A DNA stretch of 64,000 bases from Malacoraja senta (Eukaryota), in assembly GCA_038087875.1 (NCBI GenBank), contig CM075998.1, positions 6,202,001 through 6,266,000 of the forward strand, in the 5' to 3' direction. A program made the translations under genes and the position numbers. The notes under the pieces were generated by a model that saw only the letters and a list, made by a program, of their open reading frames with translations, was not told where the DNA came from and ran no database searches. The stretch's first letter is position 1, and every line of letters begins with the position of its first letter. Of the stretch, positions 1 to 12,631 are shown one piece after another.

Positions 1-177
1 CTTGGCCCATATCCCTCCAAACCTGTCCTGTCCATGTCTAAATGCTTCTTAAATGTTGCGACAGCACCTGCTTCAACTACGTCCTCCGGCAGCTCGTTCC
101 ATACATCCACCACGCTGTGTGTGAAAAATGTACCCTTCAGGTTCCTATTAAATATTTTCCCCCTTCACCTTAAACTG

Positions 178-382
178 AGCTCAGTCCACCTGGGCCTACC
201 TGATCTCTCGGTTGCCAAACACTTAATAATTCTCCTTCTCATCCACACACTGACCTCTCTGTCCTGGGCCTCCTCCATTGTCAGAGTGAGGCCCAGCGCA
301 AATTGGAGGAACAGCACCTCATATTTCACTTGGGTAGTTTACACCCCAGCGGCATGAACATTGACTTCTCTAACGTCAAGTA
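178..382 (+). mobile_element. Penelope-like element fragment, C-terminus of GIY-YIG endonuclease (frameshifted)
   Basis: Translates as DLSVAKH...HTDLSVLGLLHCQSEAQRKLEEQHLIFHLGSLHPSGMNIDFSN, a PLE GIY-YIG C-terminal pattern (VA.H...E..I..L....P.G.N). Confidence 0.8.
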
Positions 383-497
383 ACCTTTTAGGCAGCACGG
401 TGGTGCCGCTGTGGACCCAGGTTCGATCCCAACTACGGGTCCTGTCTGTACGGAGTTTGCACGTTCTCCCGTCTCTGTCTCTCGTTTCCCTTATGTA

Positions 498-927
498 TGT
501 GTATAAAATCATGAGAGGAATAGATCGGGTAGATGCACAGAGTCTCTTGCCCAGAGTAGGTGAATCGAGGACCAGAGGACATAGGCTTAAGGTGAAGGGG
601 AAAAGATTTAATAGGAATCTGAGGGGTAACTTTTTCACACAAAGGGTGGTGGTGTATGGAACAAGCTGCCAGAGGAGGTAGTTGAGGCTGGGACTGTTAG
701 ACAGGTACATGGATAGGACAGGTTTGGAGGGATATGGACCAAATGCGGGCAGGTGGGACTAGTGTAGCTGGGACATTGTTGGGCCGGTGTGGGCAACTTG
801 GGCTGAAGGGCCTGTTTTCCACACTGTATCACTCTGTGACTAGTGTAGATTGGACATGTTGGCCGGTGTGGGCAAGTTGGGCCGAAGGGCCTGTTTCCAC
901 ACTGTATCACTCTGTGACTCTGTGACT
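498..927 (+). mobile_element. CR1/HER1-type LINE 3' fragment with duplicated ~80-bp tail
   Basis: YKIMRGIDRVDAQSLLPRVGESRTRGH...; tail CTAGTGTAG...CTCTGTGA occurs twice (about 759-838 and 839-925). Confidence 0.85.
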
Positions 928-1708
928 TGACCACTCCATCAACGATTCATTCGAGGGTTGCAAAGATCAACAATTTAACAGGAGGAGTGAAGCTATTCTT
1001 TTCTCATCAGCATCAGATGCTTTCCAATGCTTTAGTAAGCTCTGGAGTTTTTAATTAAAGATAAAAAATGAGTTTTAGCATATGCGTTTGGAAGGATGAG
1101 TGGGGGGGGGGGCGTCATTGAAACGTACAGAATAGTGAAAGGCCTGGATAGAGTGGATGTGGAGAGGATGTTTCCACTAGTGGGAGAGTCTAGGACTAGA
1201 GGGCACAGCCTCAGAATTAAAGGATGTTCCTTTAGAAAGGAGATGAGTAGGAATTTCTTTAGTCAGAGGGTGGGTGAATCTGTGGGATTCATCGCCACAG
1301 ACGGCTGTGGAAGGCAAGTCAGTGGGAATATTTAAGGCGGAGATTGATAGATTCTTGATTAGTACGGGTGTCAGGGGTTATGGGAGAAGGCAGGTGAATG
1401 GGGGTGAGATCAGCCGTGATTGAATGGCAGAGTGGACTTGATGGGCCGAATTGCCTAATTCTGCCCCTAGAACTTAAGATCTCATCGTCATCAGACGCTT
1501 TCCAATGTTTACGTATGCAGTGGAGCGGTTAACTAAACATAACAACCAGTTTGAGCATGTAAATGCTGATTTTGCCACTCACAGCGATGGCAGGACACGG
1601 TTGAAGCCAAGCCCGCCCGCTGTGGGGAAGAGCTGAGCCCACGTAGGAGTGCCTGGTGCAACCTCTTGTGCCTTTGAGGGTTGTTTGTGTCATTGCTGGC
1701 TGAATCGT

Positions 1709-2127
1709 ACATATTTCCCTTGGGCAGCTTATTACCCAGTGGTATGAATATTGACTTCTCTAACGTCAAGTAACCCTTGCCGTCCCTCCCTCTCCATCCC
1801 TCCCTCTCCATCCCTCCCCCATCCTAGTTCTCTGACTCGTTTCACTGTCCTACTGATTACATTTTATTCATTGTATGCCTCGTTGTCACCTTCCCCTCAG
1901 CTAACAATGACCCACTGTGCATTTCCTTGACCAGTGTCTGCTTTGATTTGTCGTTTTCACACCTTACCCTTCCATATCTCTAGTCTCCCTCTCCCCTGCC
2001 TCTTCGTCTGAAGAAGGGTCTCGACCCGAGACGCCATCCATTCCTTCTCTCCAGAGATGCTGCCTGTCACTCCAGCACTTTGTGTCTATCTTCGGTGTAA
2101 ACCAGCATCTGCGGTTCCTTCCCGCAC
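1709..2127 (+). mobile_element. Penelope-like 3' end with degenerate hammerhead motif
   Basis: Same endonuclease end (GMNIDFSN) then 3' UTR; CTGAAGAAGGGTCTCGACCCGAGACG at 2008 (GAAA mutated to GAGA). Confidence 0.75.
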
Positions 2128-2582
2128 ATTGGGACTACTTTGGGATATCAAAAGATTGAAGGATTGGCCAACAGTAATTGGGTATCCACAGGGCTCTCTC
2201 TGTTTGTGGCTGAAGAGTTGGCCTCTTAAATCACAGCTCATCCAACTTGGTCTATTTTTAGTGTCCCGTTGAGCTTAAAGCCTCTTATGGGTCCTTATGA
2301 TCAATGAGTCATAAACAAAACTCATCTTCTGTTCTTCCCTGTTTCATGTGGTGACTTTGAGAGCAAGGTTCACGATGGCAGCCACGCAATGGTTGGTCGT
2401 ATTGCCAGAGGCTGAAAGCATTTCTGGAGGAGGTGGTGAATGTCCCTCTCCCACACTCCAGCCCTCAGCCTGCAGCAACATTCAGTGCCATCAGCCAGCG
2501 CTGGCTGTCTCTCTGCCTGCTGCTCTGCCCCCCCGCCTGTGCATCAGCTGACACCGCCACACCCGCCGTGTGCTTCCCCTCC

Positions 2583-2657
2583 GTTACCACGGCAGCCAGA
2601 TGACCGGGTCCCGGCCAGGAAACGCCTCGGTCACCATGGCAACTCCATTTCCTGGAA
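2583..2657. promoter_or_regulatory. Candidate intronic enhancer motif cluster (two RFX X-boxes, STAT/ETS site)
   Basis: GTTACCACGGCAGC 2583-2596, GTCACCATGGCAAC 2630-2643, TTCCTGGAA(GT) 2649-2657, in non-repetitive CpG-containing DNA. Motif match only. Confidence 0.45.
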
Positions 2658-2961
2658 GTGGATGATTGTCGCCGAGACTAAATCCATGAGTTGTCCCGAT
2701 CCGGCTGATTGACACTGGAACACACACCCTACCCAAGCTGTGCCTTTAGTTTAGTTTAGGTTAGGGATACAGCACAGAAACAGGCCCTTCGGCCCTTCGG
2801 CCCACCGAGTCCGTGCTGACCAGCAATCACCCCGTACACCAACACTATCCTACACACTAGGGACAATTGAACATTTTTACCCAACCTAATTAACCTATCA
2901 TCCTGTACTTCTTTGGAGTGTGGGAGGAAACCGGAGAAATATATATTATATATTATATATA

Positions 2962-4285
2962 TTAATATATATTAATGATTTGGACGAGGGAATTGAATGC
3001 AACATCTCCAAGTTTGCGGATGACACGAAGCTGGGGGGCAGTGTTAGCTGTGAGGAGGATGCTAGGAGGCTGCAAGGTGACTTGGATAGGTTGGGTGAGT
3101 GGGCAAATGCATGGCAGATGCAGTATAATGTGGATAAATGTGAGGTTATCCACTTTGGTGGCAAAAACAGGAAAGTAGACTATTATCTGAATGGTGACCG
3201 ATTAGGAAAAGGGGAGATGCAGCGAGACCTGGGTGTCATGGTACACCTGTCATTGAAAGTAATTATGCAGGTGCAGCAGGCAGTGAAGAAAGCGAATGGT
3301 ATGTTAGCATTCATAGCAAAAGGATTTGAGTATAGGAGCAGGGAGGTTCTACTGCAGTTGTACAGGGTCTTGGTGAGACCACACCTGGAGTATTGCGTAC
3401 AGTTTTGGTCTCCAAATCTGAGGAAAGACATTCTTGCCATAGAGGGAGTACAGAGGAGGTTCACCAGACTGATTCCTGGGATGTCAGGACTTTCATATGA
3501 AGAAAGACTGGATAGACTCGGCTTGTACTCGCTAGAATTTGGAAGATTGAGGGGGGATTTTATAGAAACTTACAAAATTCTTAAGGGGTTGGACAGGCTA
3601 GATGCAGGAAGATTGTTCCCGATGTTGGGGAAGTCCAGGACAAGGGCCGAATGGCCTACACCTGCACCTATTTTCTATGTTTCTAAAACCCACGCAGGTC
3701 ACGGGGAGAACGTACAAATTCCGTACACACAGTATTGTGTACAGTTTTGGTCCCCTAATTTGAGGAAGGACATTCTTGCTATTGAGGGAGTGCAGCGTAG
3801 GTTTACAAGGTTAATTCCCGGGATGGCGGGACTGTCATATGCTGAGAGAATGGAGCAGCTGGGCTTGTACACTCTGGAGTTTAGAAGGATGAGAGGGAAT
3901 CTCATTGAAACATATAAGATTGTTAAGGGCTTGGACACGCTAGAGGCAGCAAACATGTTCCCGATGTTGGGGGAGTCCAGAACCAGGGGCCACAGTTTAA
4001 GAATAAGGAGTAAGCCATTTAGAACGGAGACGAGGAAACACTTTTTCTCACAGGAGTGGTGAGTCTGTGGAATTCTCTGCCTCAGAGGGCGGTGGAGGCA
4101 GGTTCTCTGGATACTTTCAAGAGAGAGCTAGATAGGGCTCTTAAAAATAGCGGAGTCAGGGGATATGGGGAGAAGGCAGGAACGGGGTACTGATTGGGGA
4201 TGTTCAGCCATGATCACATTGAATGGCGGTGCTGGCTCGAAGGGCCGAATGGCCTCCTCCTGCACCTATTGTTTATTGTCTATTG
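2962..4285 (+). mobile_element. Two adjacent CR1-type LINE fragments (RT C-terminal half) separated by a SINE remnant
   Basis: YINDLDEGIECNISKFADDTKLGG RT motif, RPHLEYCVQFWSP; second copy restarts at about 3729; (CTATTGT)-type tail. Confidence 0.9.
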
Positions 4286-4736
4286 TCACCCGTAGTCAGA
4301 ACCTTACCCGAGTCTCTGGCGCTGTGAGGCCGCTACGTAACCGCTACGCCACCCAATAGTGACCTACAATACTGCTGAGGCAATAGTATGTGAGGGATTG
4401 GAGGTGGGTCACTAGTAGATGTTGGTGAACCCATCAGGACTGTAGGTTCTTGTTGGAAAGGGAACACACAGAATTTGTAGCTGTGGAACCAGTAGGTTAG
4501 AGCTGAGCCTTTCAAAACCACGATAATAAGAGAAAATGCTAGACATGCTCAACAAGCAGGACCATCTGAAGTGTGTATGAAGGAACTGCAGATGCTGGTT
4601 TACACCGAAGATAGACATAAAATGCTGGAGTAACTCAGCGGGACAGGCAGCATCTGTGGAAAGAAGGAATGGGTGATGTTTTGGGTCGAGACCCTTCTTC
4701 GGACTGAGAGTCAGGGGAGAGGGAGACACAGAGATA

Positions 4737-5268
4737 AGGAAGGACATTATAGCCATAGAGGGAGTGCAGAGAAGATTCACCAGACTGATTCCTGAGATGT
4801 CAGGACTTTCATATGAAGAAAGACTGGATAGACTTGGCTTATACTCGCTAGAATCTAGGAGATTGAGAGGGGGTCTTATAGAAACGTACACATTTCTTAT
4901 GGGGTTGGACAAGCTAGATGCAGGATGATTGTTTCCGATGTTGGGGAAGTCCAGGACAAGGGGTCACAGCTTAAGGATAAGGGGGAAATCCTTTAAGACC
5001 GAGATGAGGAAAAAACTTTTTCACACAGAGAGTGGTGAATCTCTGGAACTCTCTGCCACAGAGGGTAGTTGAGGCCAGTTCATTGGCTATATTTAAGAGG
5101 GAGTTAGATGTGGCCCTTGTGGCTAAAGGATCAGGGGGTATGGAGAGAAGGCAGGTACGGGATACTGAGTTGGATGATCAGCCATGATCACATTGAATGG
5201 CGGTGCAGGCTCGAAGGGCCGAATGGCCTACTCCTGCACCTATTGTCTATGTATCTATGTATCTATGT
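4737..5268 (+). mobile_element. CR1-type LINE 3' fragment
   Basis: Closely similar to 3420-3645; ends with GGCCGAATGGCC hairpin and (CTATGTAT)n tail. Confidence 0.85.
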
Positions 5269-5270
5269 AA

Positions 5271-5820
5271 AGGGCCTGTCCCACCAGCATGCGGTTGCAT
5301 GCGTCTAGCGTCACCAAACGTGGTGGCTTGAGGCGTACGGCCTCGCGGGGCCGGTTCCACTTCCAACCGCGGAGACGTCTGGAGTTGTGCGGGGCTGGTC
5401 CCGACATCATACTCACCAATCAGCTGGGCAGGAGGCGGGCCGACTGAATTTGGACGTCGCACGGCGTCGGGCGGTGACGTCATCACGCAACGGCACGCCG
5501 GGCGGTGACGTCATCGCGCAACGCCACGCCCTAGGCGTACGCCGTCAAGACGCTGCGTACGACGTCAAGAAGCTGCGTACGCCCGTCGAGGCGCTGCGTA
5601 CGTCCTCAATGCGGCTGCAGGCCGGGCAGGCCGTTGCCGCGCGGGATTGTTGGACAGTGTCAGTTTTTCGGAGCTCCCGCGCGATGTCGGGACCAGCTCC
5701 GCACAACTCCATACGGCTCCGGCGATTGAAGTGGGACCGGCCCCGCGAGGCCGTACGGCTCAAGCGACCACGTTAGGTTGCGCTTGCCGCATGCAGTCGC
5801 ATGCTGGTGGGACAGGCCCT
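5271..5820. mobile_element. PIF/Harbinger-type MITE (GC/CpG-rich, long imperfect inverted arms)
   Basis: TIRs AGGGCCTGTCCCACCAGCATGCG...CGCATGCTGGTGGGACAGGCCCT; flanks TAA/TGA (imperfect 3-bp TSD). Confidence 0.8.
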
Positions 5821-5906
5821 TGAGAGATCAAAAGAGATCAAGGAAAATGTAGAACAGATCATTGTTAGCTAGAAGAAGGTGACAACAAAGCAAACAGAGA
5901 TCAAAT

Positions 5907-6252
5907 CGAAGGTAGACAAAAGTGTTGGAGAAACTCAGTGGGAGCAGCAGCATCTATGGAGTGAAGGAAATAGGCAACGTTTCAGGACGAACCCCAGAAC
6001 GAAATAGGCAACGTTTCGGGCCGAAACCCAGAAGGAAATAGGCAACGTTTCGGGACGAAACCCAGAAGGAAATAGGCAACGTTTCGGGCCGAAACCCGGA
6101 AGGAAATAGGCAACGTTTCGGGCCGAAACCCGGAAGGGTTTTCGTCCGAAACGTTGCCTATTTCCTTCGCTCCATAGATGCTGCTGCACCCATTGAGTTT
6201 CTCCAGCACTTTAATCTACCTTCGATTTTCCAGCATCTGCAGTTCCTTCTTA
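5907..6252. mobile_element. Palindromic PLE-derived element with five 34-bp tandem units
   Basis: Inverted arms (GAAGGTAGA...GGAGAAACTCA / TGAGTTTCTCC...TCTACCTTC); unit GAAATAGGCAACGTTTCGGGCCGAAACCCAGAAG; imperfect 15-bp direct flanks 5892-5906 and 6252-6266. Confidence 0.7.
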
Positions 6253-7499
6253 AACAGCGATAAAATGTAATCAGGGGAACAGTCAGACTGGTTGGAGAAC
6301 TGGGAAGGAGGAGGGATGGAGAGAGAGAGGGAAGGGAATTTAAAGTGCATCCGAACGTTCATCGGACAAAAACGTGAATTGCGTGATGCTGCCTAACCTG
6401 AGTATTTCCGGCCGCCTCCGGTTATTTCCAATGTCCAATATCGAGCGGCCAGGCAGCATCTGTGGAGGGGAAATGGAGCGACGATATTTCGGATCAGGGC
6501 CGAAGTAGGGGGGGGGATCACTCTGTCCATTTCCCTCCACAGATGCCGCCTGGCCCGTCGTGTTCCTCCAGCATCTGCAGCCACTTGCGTCTCCAGTTTG
6601 TTGCTTTACAGAGTGATGCTGTGTGTGTGTGTGTGTAAGGACGGATACTTGCGCCCGATTCTGATCACACGCAGGGATGGAGCTGTGCGTTAAGATGAAG
6701 CAGTGTGAGCTGCAATCAGCGCCTCCTCCAGGAGAGAGGAGGCTGCAGGAACTGGCAATGTGTACATGGACAAGGGAAATGCAGGGTGACCAAGTGGTAC
6801 AGGATACAGATAAAATGACGGCAGATATATTTAATACAGTCACCGACCTGCGCAGTTCACAAATGGAAAGAAAGTGAGGGTGACACAATGGTGCAGCTAA
6901 CTAAACTGAACTAAACTGAACTAAACTGAATTAAACTAAATTAAACTAAATTGTAACCAAAATGATCAGAAATTCACGAGTGATGGGAGCAGAATTAGGC
7001 CATTCAGCCCATCAAGTCTACTCTGCCATTCAATCATGGCTGATCTATCTCTCCCTCTCACCCCATTCTCCTGCCTTCTCCCCATAACCCCTGACACCCA
7101 CACTAATTAAGAATCTATCAATCTTCACCTTAAAAATATCCATTGACTTGTGGCCTCCACAGCCTTCGGTGGCAAAGAATCCCACAGATTCACCACCCTC
7201 TAACTAAAGAAATTCCTCCTCATCTCCATTCTAAAGGAACGTCCATTAATTCTGAGGCTGTGACCTCTGGTTGTAGACTCTCCCACTAGTGGAAACATCC
7301 TCTCCACATCCACTCTATCCAGGTCTGTTGATGTTGATGTTGGACGTCCTTCAGGAATGAGGTTCGTTGTTGGAGAGCCAGTGTTTAGACAAACATGTTC
7401 ACTCTTAACTGTTTTCGTTTAGTTTAGTTTAGAGATACAGCGCGGAAACAGGCCCTTCGGCCCCCGAGTCCGCTCCGACAAGTGATTCCTGCCCACTAA

Positions 7500-7753
7500 A
7501 GGGCCTGTCCCACTTGGCGATTTTTCAGCGACTGCCGGCATCATTGACTGACGTATCAGGTCACCGAAAAATACGCGGCGTGACACGACGGGATGACGTG
7601 TGGCGCGGCGTGATGACGTATGACGCGCGGTGTTTTTTCAAGTGTCGTAAAAAAAAAATTGTCACCGCTGGATTTTGAAATGTTCAAAATCTTTTGGCGA
7701 CACTGATATGACGCCGGCAGTCGCCAAAAAAATCGCCAAGTGGGACAGGGCCT
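7500..7753. mobile_element. PIF/Harbinger-type MITE nested in a V-SINE
   Basis: TIRs AGGGCCTGTCCCACTTGGCGATTTTT...AAAAATCGCCAAGTGGGACAGGGCCT; exact TAA TSD (7497-7499, 7754-7756) interrupting SINE sequence CACTAACACT. Confidence 0.88.
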
Positions 7754-10700
7754 TAACACTACCCTACAACACACTAGGGACAATTTTCCATTTATACCAA
7801 GCCAATTAACTTACAAGCCTGTACGTCTTTGGAGTGTGGGAGGAAACAGGAGCTCCCGGTGAAAACCCACGCGGGTCACGGGGAGAAGGTACAAACTCCG
7901 TACAGGCAGCACCCGTAGTCTGGATGGAACCCGGGTCTCTGACGCTGTGAGGCAGCAACTCTACCGCTGCCCCACCGTGACGTACACAGAGTTAGTGTAA
8001 AAGAGATTTGTGATTATCGGCTTCCAGAATCTTTTGCACAGCTTCTGAAACCACCCTGGACTTTTAATGAACACGAATAAGTTGGCTGGTGCGGGGCATC
8101 TGGTTTCTATTGTCTGTGCATCTGTGGGGAGGGTGAGTTTGCAGCCCTCGAGTTGTAGGCCTAAGTGATTTAATGCTGCTTTGCTTTTAATGGCAAAAGC
8201 TTGCTCAAACGCCATGCATGTTCTCAAAATGCATGAAAGTATTCGTTTAGTTTAGAAATTAGAGCGCGGAAACAGGGCCCTTCGGCCCACAGAGTGCGTG
8301 CCGACCAGCGATCATCCTACACACCAGCACGCTCCTACACACTGGGGACAATTTATATTTATTTTAACCAACAAACCTGTGCATCTTTGGAGTGTGGGAG
8401 AAACCCCACGCAGGTCACGGGGAGAAGGTACAAACTCCGTAGTCAGGATGGAACCCGGGTCTCTGGCGCGGTGAGGCAGCAACTCTACCGCTGCGCCTCC
8501 GTGCTGCCTTCAAGGTCTTGCGTTATGCAGGGAAGGTGAGGTGAGACCACGGTGAAATCGGTGATAGTTTTATAGAATGCAGATCAGGCCTGAGGGGCCA
8601 TATGAGTGAATCTTATATCTTCTACTGTTTAAAGGAGCTCTCTGTGTACAAATTGATACCAGATTTTCAACATTACCCCAGCAATTACACTTCAGCAGAA
8701 TAGTACTTGGTGTTTTGGATGACATACAAAGAGTATTTTGGCCCATCGAGTCCGTGCTGGCTCACAGAGTAATCCCATCCCCCCGCGCTCCACCCATGTG
8801 GTCACGGGGAGAACGTGCAAACTTCACACAGACAGCACCCGTGGTCAGGATGGAACCCGGGTCTCTGGCGCTGTGAGGCAGCAACTCTACCAGCTGCAAC
8901 ATTACAAGGGCACATCTTGAAGACAACACCAAGTGTAGGAAGGACCTGCAGATGCTGGTTCAAACCGGATAGACACTAAATGCTGCAGTAACTCATTGTG
9001 CCAGACAGCATCTCTGGAGAAAAGGGATAGGTGACGTTTCGGCCCGAGACCCTTCTTCCTTCTCTCCAGAGATGCTGTCTGACCCGTTGAGTTACTCCAG
9101 CTTTTTGTGTCCAACCAAGGCTTTCTTTCTCTCCTAAACTTCTACAGTATATATCTATATTTATATATATCAGGATACAAGATAACCAAAGCTGCTATAG
9201 AAAAATATAAGCTATCCGAGTAAACGGTGGAGGAAATGTTGGGACGTATACATGCCGATACATTTTTGACCAAAGGTCTCCAGGATTGTGCAAGCAGTGA
9301 GCAGGGGCCCACCCGTGTGGAGGGACAGAGAGCTGGAACATTTAAAGAGCACCAGAAGGAGTTAGGCTGCAGGTCGCTACGCCTCTTATGGCAAACACAC
9401 AGCCTGGAGGGTTTGGGGGGGTGGGGGGTGGGGGGAAGAATCGGTCCAGCGTTTGGTTTCAACTCTCTCCACGTTTGTGAAAGCGACTTGTGTCTCCCCG
9501 CAGCCACCAGCCCCTCTCCCCCCAGGAGGGCTGTCCTCACTTGCTCTGGGTGATAATAGGTCAGAGTAAGCAGCCAAATTGCAAAAGCTGTTTTCACACA
9601 ATGCGGATGATGCCTCCAGGCGATGTTTACAGCCCACACCAGGGAGGCCATTTTGGTCATTTCAGGTCAGTTTAGCTTATTGTCACGTGTACCAAGGTAC
9701 AGTGAAAAGCTTTTGTTGCGTGCTATCCAGCCAGCGGAAAGACAATACATGATTACAATCGATCTATTCACAGTGTACAGATACATGGTAACGTTTAGTG
9801 CAAGATAAAGACCAGTAAATCTGATCAAAGATAATCCGAGGATCTCCAATGAGGTAGATAGTTGTTCAGGACTGCTCTCTGGTTGTGGTAGGATGGTTCA
9901 GTTGCCTGATAACAGCTGAGAAGAAACTGTCCCTGAATCTGGAGGTGCTTTTCTTCCTCCCTGTATGCACACAAAGGCGTGGATCGTTAGTCCGATTCCC
10001 AATTAGACGTAGACCAGTGATGGAGCAAGAGGTAGCTGCCTTAGAAATAGGAGAGAAATGCTTGTGGATTTAAGCTTGGCGTGGGTGCTGACAATGGGCC
10101 AGGGGCCTTTTACATGATGCCCTCTCCTTGCTTCAATTTGTTTAGTTTAGTTTCGAGAAGCAGCGTGGAAACAGGCCTATGGCGTACCGAGTCCGTGCCG
10201 ACCAGCACACTAACACTATCCTATACATGCTAGGGACAATTTGCACTTATACCAAGCCAATTAACCTACATACCTGTACGTCTTTGGAGTGTGGGAGGAA
10301 ACCGGAGCACCCGGAGAAAACCCACGCAGGTCACGGGGAAAACGTACAAACTGCGTACAGACAGCACCCCTACTTAGGATTGAACCCGGGTCTCTGGCGC
10401 TGCAAGTGCTGTAAGGCAGCAACTCGACCGCTGCGCCACCGTGCGTGGATTCCACGCTGTCCGATTCCTTGGCCACGATCCCCATGAATGAGCGAATGCC
10501 TTTTGTAGGAGGCACATGATATTATGATTGAAAATCCTTGTATGCCAGCCATCACTAGGGTAAAGCTGAGGGGCCAGATGTGAAGTGCATCCGGGCCTTC
10601 TGCTCAGGGTGTTTGTGCTGAGTGCCGGGGCCATTGTGGGAGCAGTTTTGGACTGTGCTCTGGCTTTGCTTTGGACTGTGCTGGCATGGAGCTCAAAGAT

Positions 10701-10849
10701 GGGCTGGAGAGTGTGGGAGGACATGGGGCTGCGGATATATACCATGTAGCCTCTTGTGTTGGGTGGAGCTCATGTGGTGAAACCTCCAGGAATATGGGCA
10801 GTGGGGGTCTGACAGCCCTAGCCCTGAGGGACTCTGCCCATCTTCAACA

Positions 10850-11130
10850 CAGCGCAGCGGTAGAGTCGCTGCCTCACAGCGCCAGAGACCCGGGTTCCAT
10901 CCTGACTACGGGTGCTGTCTGTACGGAGTTTGTACCTTCTCCCCGTAACCGCGTGGGTTTTCTCCGGGCGCTCCGGTTTCCCCCCACACTCCAAAGACGT
11001 ACATGTTTGTAGGTTAATTGGCTTTGGTAAAATTGTAAATTGTCCCTAGTGTGTGTAGGATAGTGTTAGTGTGCGGGGATCGCTGGTCGGCGCGGCTAAT
11101 TTCCGTGCTGTATCTCTAAACTAAACTAAA
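10850..11130 (+). mobile_element. tRNA-derived V-SINE (HE1-like), representative copy
   Basis: A-box-like GCGCAGCGG, B-box GGTTCCATCC, V-domain TTCTCCCCGT..GTGGGTTTTCTCCGGG..CCGGTTTCC, (CTAAA)n tail. More than 25 copies/fragments occur in the window on both strands. Confidence 0.85.
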
Positions 11131-11169
11131 CAAGCAAGAAGTATTGGAGTCCTGGCTGAATTGTTTTTC

Positions 11170-11720
11170 ACACTCCGTCTCTTCCATTCTTTATCTCCCT
11201 TTCTCTCTTACTCTCACTCATTCTTTTCTCTCTCTCCTTTTCTTGCTCTTTCTTTCTCTCTCTCTTCCTCTTTTTCTCCCTCGCTCTTTCCCCTTCGTTC
11301 ACTGTCTTCCCCATTCTTTCACTATCTATCCCCTGCTCTTCTTGCCATTGTCCCCGCCAAGATCAGCAAACGCAACGCAGCCTGACAATACAAATGTGGG
11401 TCCTTTCCACGAGTGTATTTCAGCACCACATCACTTAATGCCAGCCTCGCTACCTGGCTGCCGACAACTTCTACCCTCTCTCCCCCTCTCTCAACCTCTC
11501 CCCCTCTCTCAACCTCTTCTCACCTCTCTCTCACTCTCTCCCCCTCTCTCAACCTCTCCCTCTCTCTCCCCCCTCTCTCAACCTCTCCCCCACTCTCTCT
11601 CTCTCTCCCCCCCTCTAACCCCCTCTCCCCCTCACTCTCAACCTCTCCCCTCACCCCCCAGCCTCTCTCTCCCACTCTCTCTCTCTCTGCCTGTCCCCCC
11701 CTCCCTTTCTCTCTCTCTCT
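11170..11720. repeat. CT-rich polypyrimidine low-complexity tract
   Basis: Near-pure C/T runs with CTCTCAACCTCTCCCC sub-repeats. Confidence 0.9.
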
Positions 11721-12339
11721 AACGTAAAATTAAAACTTAATGACTCCTTCCTCGGTACTGGCTCGTCTGTTAACATTTCAAACTCTCTGGAAAAGTGTGC
11801 CCTTTGCTCTTTGTAAAGGCGAAGGCTTCATTTTAGCTTCCAAAATGCCCACGTTTTGGTCTGTGTGACCTTCCTGTGTTTTCCAATTTTGGCCGGGCTG
11901 CTGTTGGAGTTTTTTCTCTCTCTCTCTCTCTCTCTAGTCAGACTGAGCTAAGACAAAGGCCTCATTCACCAATGACTCTCTCATCCTCTGTTGCAGCACA
12001 ATCTGCAGCAGGGAACAGGGGTGGGAAATTGTATAAATTGCATATTCTTTGTATAAACATGTTGATCAGGGAAATGTAATCCAGCCCCTGGTCAGTCCTG
12101 CTGCCACAGGTAGTCAGAATGGCACAACTAAAATGGCCGCCCAAGAAGGACTCTCCTCATTACCGCGAGGCCCAGGTGCTTCTGAGATCGAGGGTCACGT
12201 CTTTCTCCTGTACCCCCATTCACGACCCCCCTCCACTCCCCCCCAACAATGTCCTCTTCCTCTTCCATTTCTAGAAGTTGAAGTTATTCCCTCAAGTAAC
12301 AGTTAGGATTGCGTTTTGATTTTGATTTCCCCTTTGATT

Positions 12340-12631
12340 TTAGTTTAGTTTAGTTTAGAGATACAGCGCGGAAACAGGCCCCTCGGCCCCCCGAGTCTGC
12401 GCCGACCAGCGATCCCCGCACATTAAGGGACAGTTTACAGTTATACCAAGCCAATTAACCTACAAACCTGTACGTCTTTGTTGTGTGGGATGTAAACGAA
12501 GATCTCGTCGAAAACCCACGCAGGTCACGGGGAGAACGTACAAACTCCGTACAGACAGCACCCGTAGTCGGGATCGAACCTGGATCTCTGGCGCTGTAAG
12601 GCAGCAACTCTACCGCTGCGCCACCGTGCTG
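12340..12631 (-). mobile_element. Full-length V-SINE (HE1-like)
   Basis: Reverse complement starts GCAGCACGGTGGCGCAGCGG, B-box GGTTCGATCC, tail GGGCCGAGGGGCCTGTTTCC shared with CR1 LINEs. Confidence 0.88.

Noticed and set aside
2920..4062. 380-aa ORF as a gene
   Set aside because: Chimera of two CR1 fragments and SINE pieces with no real start.
12560..12631. tRNA genes at SINE heads
   Set aside because: A/B boxes are attached to the V-domain and LINE-derived tail; these are SINE heads.
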